20,924 bases of DNA from Gemmatimonadaceae bacterium (GTDB lineage: Bacteria; Gemmatimonadota; Gemmatimonadetes; Gemmatimonadales; Gemmatimonadaceae), in contig JANRJP010000076.1 of the NCBI GenBank assembly GCA_033763905.1, forward strand, positions 1 through 20,924, in the 5' to 3' direction. Positions 16,820-20,924 of this stretch are shown piece after piece. The translations under genes were made by a program, and so were the position numbers. The notes below the pieces were generated by a model, which ran no database searches, was not told the origin of the DNA, and was given only the letters and a program-made list of their open reading frames with translations. Position 1 is the first letter of the stretch. Each line of letters opens with the position of its first letter.

Positions 16820-16870
16820 GTCCCCCCGGATCGTCCGTCCTGTCGTGGTATCGCATCACCGAGAGTCCCT

Positions 16871-17869
16871 ATGTCGAACATCGCAGCAGATCGTGTCCTG
16901 AAGATCGCCCGGCTCCGCGAGCTCCGGCTCGAGAGCGGCGCCGTGCTCACCCAGGTACCCGTGGCCTACCACGACGATGGCCCGGTCGGCGCCCCGGTCG
17001 TGGTGGTGCTCCACGGCCTCACCGGCTCGGCCGATGCCGTCGGCGACTGGTGGCGCGTGGTCGCCGGCCCCGGGCGACCGATCGACACGCGCCGCGTGCG
17101 CGTGATCGCGCCCAACCTGCTGGGCTCCTGCTACGGATCGGCCGGCCCGACGCTGGATCCGCGGTTCCCGAAAGTAACCACGCGCGATCAGGCCGCGGCG
17201 GTGACTGGTCTGCTGAACGCTCTCGACATTTCCCACGTGGCGCTCGCCACCGGCGTGTCGCTCGGCGCGATGGTAGCACTCGAACTTGCGGTGTCGCAGC
17301 CGACGCGTGTCGGCTACACCACCGTCATTGCCGCGCCGGCCGCACACACCGCGTGGGCCATCGGCCTCAACAGCGTGCAACGCGCCGCCCTCGACGCCCT
17401 CGGCGGTGGACGCGCGGGACTCGCGCTGGCCCGGCAGATCGCGATGCTGTCGTACCGCGCTGAGCCCGGCCTCGAGGACCGCTTCGGTCGCACCACCGAA
17501 GCCAACGACGAATGGCGCGTGGCCGGGTGGCTGGCGGCACACGGTGACAAGCTCGTCGCGCGCTTCGATCCCGCGTCGTATCGCACGCTGCTCGACGCGA
17601 TGGACAGTCACGACATCGGCCGCGGCCGCGGCGGCATCGCGGCCGCGCTGGCCACGCTGGGTGGCCGCGTCACTGGCGTGGCGATTTCCACCGATGTGCT
17701 CTACTCGCCCGATGTGGTCCGGCAGTGGACCGATGCCGCGAGTGGCCGCTTCGAGCTGCTCGTCTCGCCGCACGGCCACGACGGTTTTCTGATCGATCAA
17801 CGCGGCATTGGCCGCCTCGTCGCGCACGATCTTGCGCGTGCCCTCGGTACCCAGGAGGTGGCCGCGTGA
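16871..17869 (+). CDS. metX: Homoserine O-acyltransferase, MetX family (332 aa)
   Basis: LRLESGAVL, HGLTG, WW...GPGRPIDT, NLLGSCYGSAGP, nucleophile GVSLG, RFDPASY, MDSHD, STD and HGHDGFL. Confidence 0.93.
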   Translation: MSNIAADRVLKIARLRELRLESGAVLTQVPVAYHDDGPVGAPVVVVLHGLTGSADAVGDWWRVVAGPGRPIDTRRVRVIAPNLLGSCYGSAGPTLDPRFPKVTTRDQAAAVTGLLNALDISHVALATGVSLGAMVALELAVSQPTRVGYTTVIAAPAAHTAWAIGLNSVQRAALDALGGGRAGLALARQIAMLSYRAEPGLEDRFGRTTEANDEWRVAGWLAAHGDKLVARFDPASYRTLLDAMDSHDIGRGRGGIAAALATLGGRVTGVAISTDVLYSPDVVRQWTDAASGRFELLVSPHGHDGFLIDQRGIGRLVAHDLARALGTQEVAA

Positions 17870-18930
17870 GTGCCGCCCTTCGCCCCGTGTCATCCGCAGC
17901 GACGTCTCGCCCGGCGGGACAGGACGCCATCCGGCCGTTGCGCCCACGATCAGCCCCCAAGCTCGCGCTGGCCGGCTGCGGTGTGGTGGGCGGTGCCCTC
18001 GTGCAACTGGTCGCCGAAGGCGCCATTCCCGGGGTCCGACTGGCCGATGTCGGCGCCGTGCTGGTGCGCGATCCCGCTCGCGCGCGCGACGTGCCCCTCG
18101 ATGGCAGCCGATTCACCGCCGATCCGATGGCATTGCTCGATCGGCGCGCCGACGTTGTCGTCGAAGCACTGCCCGGCGTCGATCCGGCGCTCACACTGGC
18201 GCGCGCCACGCTGCGACGCGGTGCCCGGTACATCACGGCCAACAAGCGACTCATCGCCGAGCACGGCACGGAACTCGCGCGACTCGCGGAGCGGCACGGC
18301 GGGCAGCTCGACTTCGAAGCCGCCGTGGGCGGTGCCATTCCGGTGGTGCGCGCCATTCGCGATGGCCTCGCCGGCGTCGGCGTGCATACCGTGCGTGGGG
18401 TCCTCAATGGCACCACGAATTTCGTCTGCTCGCGGGCCCTGCGTGGCGACTCGGTGGCGTCCGCCGTCGCCGAAGCGCAGGCCTTGGGCTATGCCGAAGC
18501 CGATCCCTCGCGCGATCTGGACGGCCTCGATGCCGCCGACAAGCTGCGCCTGCTCGCCTGGCTCGCGTTCGGCATTGCCCCGCATCAATTGCCGGTGACG
18601 ATCGGCGGCTTCGCCGACGCGGCGACGCTGCTCGATGCCGCACGGTCCGAGGGGCGCGTCGTACGGCAAGTTGCGGAGATCCGCCGAACGTCACACGGCC
18701 TGTCGGCGTCGGTGACGCTCCAGCGTCTATCGACCGACGACCCGCTGGCCTCGGTGGATCTCGAGCGCAATCGCGTGGTGGTCGAGTCTCGCTCGGCCGG
18801 CACCCTGGTGTTCGAGGGGCCCGGCGCAGGCGGGTTCGCCACCGCAGGCGCCCTCGTGGCGGATCTGCTGCGTCCGGGTCGCGCGCTGCCACGCCCGACG
18901 CTCGTGCACGTGCAGCAGACCGAGCGCTAA
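17866..18930 (+). CDS. hom: Homoserine dehydrogenase, short form without ACT domain (about 354 aa)
   Basis: GCGVVG Rossmann motif, ITANK, FEAAVGGAIP, GVLNGTTNF, LGYAEADPSRDLDGLDAADK and GPGAGG. AGGAGG RBS at 17853-58 and GTGA overlap with metX. Confidence 0.93.
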   Translation: MSAALRPVSSAATSRPAGQDAIRPLRPRSAPKLALAGCGVVGGALVQLVAEGAIPGVRLADVGAVLVRDPARARDVPLDGSRFTADPMALLDRRADVVVEALPGVDPALTLARATLRRGARYITANKRLIAEHGTELARLAERHGGQLDFEAAVGGAIPVVRAIRDGLAGVGVHTVRGVLNGTTNFVCSRALRGDSVASAVAEAQALGYAEADPSRDLDGLDAADKLRLLAWLAFGIAPHQLPVTIGGFADAATLLDAARSEGRVVRQVAEIRRTSHGLSASVTLQRLSTDDPLASVDLERNRVVVESRSAGTLVFEGPGAGGFATAGALVADLLRPGRALPRPTLVHVQQTER

Positions 18931-18972
18931 CCGGCCCTTGCGCGCTGCTGGCCGACGGGAGCAGGCTCCCGT

Positions 18973-19392
18973 GTGTCCGATGCCCTGATTCGCGTGCTGG
19001 CGGCCGTCCTCTGTCGGGACGGCCGCTACTTGATCGCTCGCCGGCCGACGGCCGCCCGACACGGCGGACTGTGGGAGTTTCCCGGCGGCAAAGTCGAGCC
19101 CGGCGAAACCGACGACGCCGCGCTGGCGCGCGAGCTGCGCGAAGAACTCGGGCTCGAGCACACGCGGAGCGGCGCGGTGCTCTTCGAGCGGCGCGATCCG
19201 GGCTCGCCGTATCTCATCGTCTTCGTCGCGGTCGAGACCGACGAGTCGCCCGTCGCGCGCGAGCACGAGGCGCTCGCGTGGGCAACGCCCGCTCAACTGG
19301 CCGCGTATCCTTTGGCCCCTAGCGATGCCGCGTTTGCGGCGCACCTTCTCGGGGACGGCTCGGCGTTCCCTCACCCCTCGGAGTTCGCGTGA
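18973..19392 (+). CDS. NUDIX hydrolase, MutT/NudG-like (139 aa)
   Basis: WEFPGGKVEPGETDDAALARELREELG Nudix box. Confidence 0.92.
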   Translation: MSDALIRVLAAVLCRDGRYLIARRPTAARHGGLWEFPGGKVEPGETDDAALARELREELGLEHTRSGAVLFERRDPGSPYLIVFVAVETDESPVAREHEALAWATPAQLAAYPLAPSDAAFAAHLLGDGSAFPHPSEFA

Positions 19393-20924
19393 TGTTTCGT
19401 GTGTGTGTGCTCCTGCTGACCGCAGGCGCAGTGCTGGCGTCCCCTCGCGCGGCGGCGGCGCAGACGGTCGAATCGAACTGGGCAGACTCGATCAAGTTCC
19501 GCTACAAGACCGACCCCCGCATCGAACGCCTCAAGACTGAAGCAGTCAAAGGGGTCGAGGCTCGCGCCAAGCTCGTGCAGGAGATCATCGATCAGGTCTA
19601 CTCGTTCGGTGAGCTCGGAATGCAGGAGATCGAAACCTCCCGCTACTTGAGCGGCTTGCTCGAGAAGAACGGCTTCACCGTCGAGCGCGGGGTCGCCGGA
19701 ATGCCGACTGCGTGGGTCGCGCGCTGGTCGAGCGGCACCGGCAAGCCGGTGATTTCGCTCGGCTCCGACATCGACGGCATTCCGCAGAGCAACCAGAAGC
19801 CCGGCATCGCCTACAAGGAGTGGGGCGTGGTGCAGGCACCCGGCCACGGCGAGGGACACAACTCGGGACAGGCGGTGAACATTGTCGCGGCGCTCGCGCT
19901 CAAGGACCTGATGACGCGCGAGAAGCTCAATGGCACCCTCGTCCTCTGGCCCGGCGTCGCCGAAGAACAGGTCGCGGGCAAGGCGCATCTGATTCGAGCC
20001 GGCGTCTTCAAGGACGTCGACGTCACGCTCTTCACGCACGTGGGCGATGAACTCGGCGTCTCGTGGGGTCAGTCGTCGTCGAATGCCATCATCAGCGCCG
20101 AGTTCTTCTTCAAGGGGCAGAGTGCGCATTCGGCGGGCGCTCCGTGGCGCGGCAAGAGCGCACTGGATGCCGTGATGCTGATGGCCAATGGCTGGGAGTT
20201 CCGGCGCGAACATCTCGAACTGCCGCAGCGCTCCCACTACGTCATCAAGGATGGCGGCGACCAGCCCAACGTCGTGCCGAGCACGGCGAGCATCTGGTTC
20301 TACTTCCGGGAGCGCGACTACGCGCGCACCAAGGCGCTCTTCGAGACGGGCCGGCGGATCGCGCTTGGTGCCGCGATGATGACCGACACCAAGCTCGACA
20401 CCGTGCGCATCTGGGGATCGGCCTGGAGCGCGCACTTCAGCCGCCCCGTGGCCGAAGCAATGTATGCGAACATCCGCAGAGTCGGACCGCCGACCTGGGA
20501 CGACCGCGATCAACGGCTCGCCCGCGGCCTGCAGACCGAGCTCGGCGTGCCCGACTCGGGCCTGCGCACCGTCGTTGGCGCGCTGCGCGGCCCGGTGAAT
20601 CCCGCGACGCGAATGGGCGGCGGATCGGACGACATCGGCGACGTGAGTTGGAATATGCCCACGATCACGTTGCGCTACCCCAGCAACATTCCGAATCTGC
20701 CGGGCCACAACTGGGCGAATGGCATCGCGATGGCCACGCCGATCGCGCACAAGGGCGGTGTGGCCGGCGCCAAGGTGCAGGCCATGACGCTGGTGGACCT
20801 CTTCACGCAGCCGACGTTGGTTGCCGATGCGTGGACCTACTTCCGCAGCATCCAGACCAAGGACGAGAAGTACGTCTCGTTCTTGGGCCCGGGTGATACG
20901 CCACCCACCTTCCTCAACGCCGAC
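19392..20924 (+). CDS. M20-family amidohydrolase, AbgB-like, with signal peptide; truncated by the window edge and absent from the ORF track
   Basis: ATG 19392 overlaps the NUDIX TGA. MFRVCVLLLTAGAVLASPRAAAAQ signal, then ELGMQEIETS, GVAGMPTAW, SDIDG, GHGEGHN, AEE, AHSAGAPWRGKSALDA, GGDQPNVVP and GGSDDIGDVSW. The frame is open to the end of the window. Confidence 0.92.
   Translation, partial: MFRVCVLLLTAGAVLASPRAAAAQTVESNWADSIKFRYKTDPRIERLKTEAVKGVEARAKLVQEIIDQVYSFGELGMQEIETSRYLSGLLEKNGFTVERGVAGMPTAWVARWSSGTGKPVISLGSDIDGIPQSNQKPGIAYKEWGVVQAPGHGEGHNSGQAVNIVAALALKDLMTREKLNGTLVLWPGVAEEQVAGKAHLIRAGVFKDVDVTLFTHVGDELGVSWGQSSSNAIISAEFFFKGQSAHSAGAPWRGKSALDAVMLMANGWEFRREHLELPQRSHYVIKDGGDQPNVVPSTASIWFYFRERDYARTKALFETGRRIALGAAMMTDTKLDTVRIWGSAWSAHFSRPVAEAMYANIRRVGPPTWDDRDQRLARGLQTELGVPDSGLRTVVGALRGPVNPATRMGGGSDDIGDVSWNMPTITLRYPSNIPNLPGHNWANGIAMATPIAHKGGVAGAKVQAMTLVDLFTQPTLVADAWTYFRSIQTKDEKYVSFLGPGDTPPTFLNAD

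Noticed and set aside
16518..16869. 8-nt direct repeat AGAGTCCC at 16518 and 16862 flanking the leader
   Set aside because: Too short to separate from chance. No transposase or terminal inverted repeats to suggest a target-site duplication.
16567..16950. 127-aa minus-strand ORF over the metX leader
   Set aside because: No recognisable motifs, and it overlaps metX and structured RNA elements on the other strand.
19371..20750. 459-aa minus-strand ORF and alternative plus-frame ORFs
   Set aside because: Shadow ORFs of the amidohydrolase, which has clear family motifs in another frame.
1..20924. CRISPR array, tRNA/rRNA, IS or prophage, defence system
   Set aside because: No regularly spaced repeats, cloverleaf structures, transposase or integrase genes, or AT-rich island were seen.

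Overview
High-GC bacterial chromosomal window. Gene content and style suggest Gemmatimonadota (inference only). It is mostly housekeeping and envelope genes: a 57-aa Cys/His small ORF, transketolase, a secreted carboxypeptidase-regulatory-like domain protein, an FeS-type cryptochrome/photolyase, an HTH-rfbC-rfbD unit, an alpha/beta hydrolase, a DUF4956 plus CotH-like kinase pair, an APC permease, an M16 peptidase, a coiled-coil lipoprotein, a small outer-membrane beta-barrel, a VOC protein, metX-hom, a NUDIX hydrolase and a partial M20/AbgB-like amidohydrolase. I saw no mobile elements, CRISPR arrays, tRNA or rRNA. The standout is the ~360-nt leader of metX-hom (16478-16870). It has a sigma70-type promoter, a SAM-II-class riboswitch coupled to an intrinsic terminator, and then a second control: a 31-codon leader ORF with Cys-Cys-Thr-Met-Cys codons and a trp-like 1:2 / 2:3 / 3:4 attenuator. 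This looks like a tandem riboswitch plus ribosome-stalling attenuator acting as a two-input gate. All calls were made by eye, with no database searches or folding calculations.
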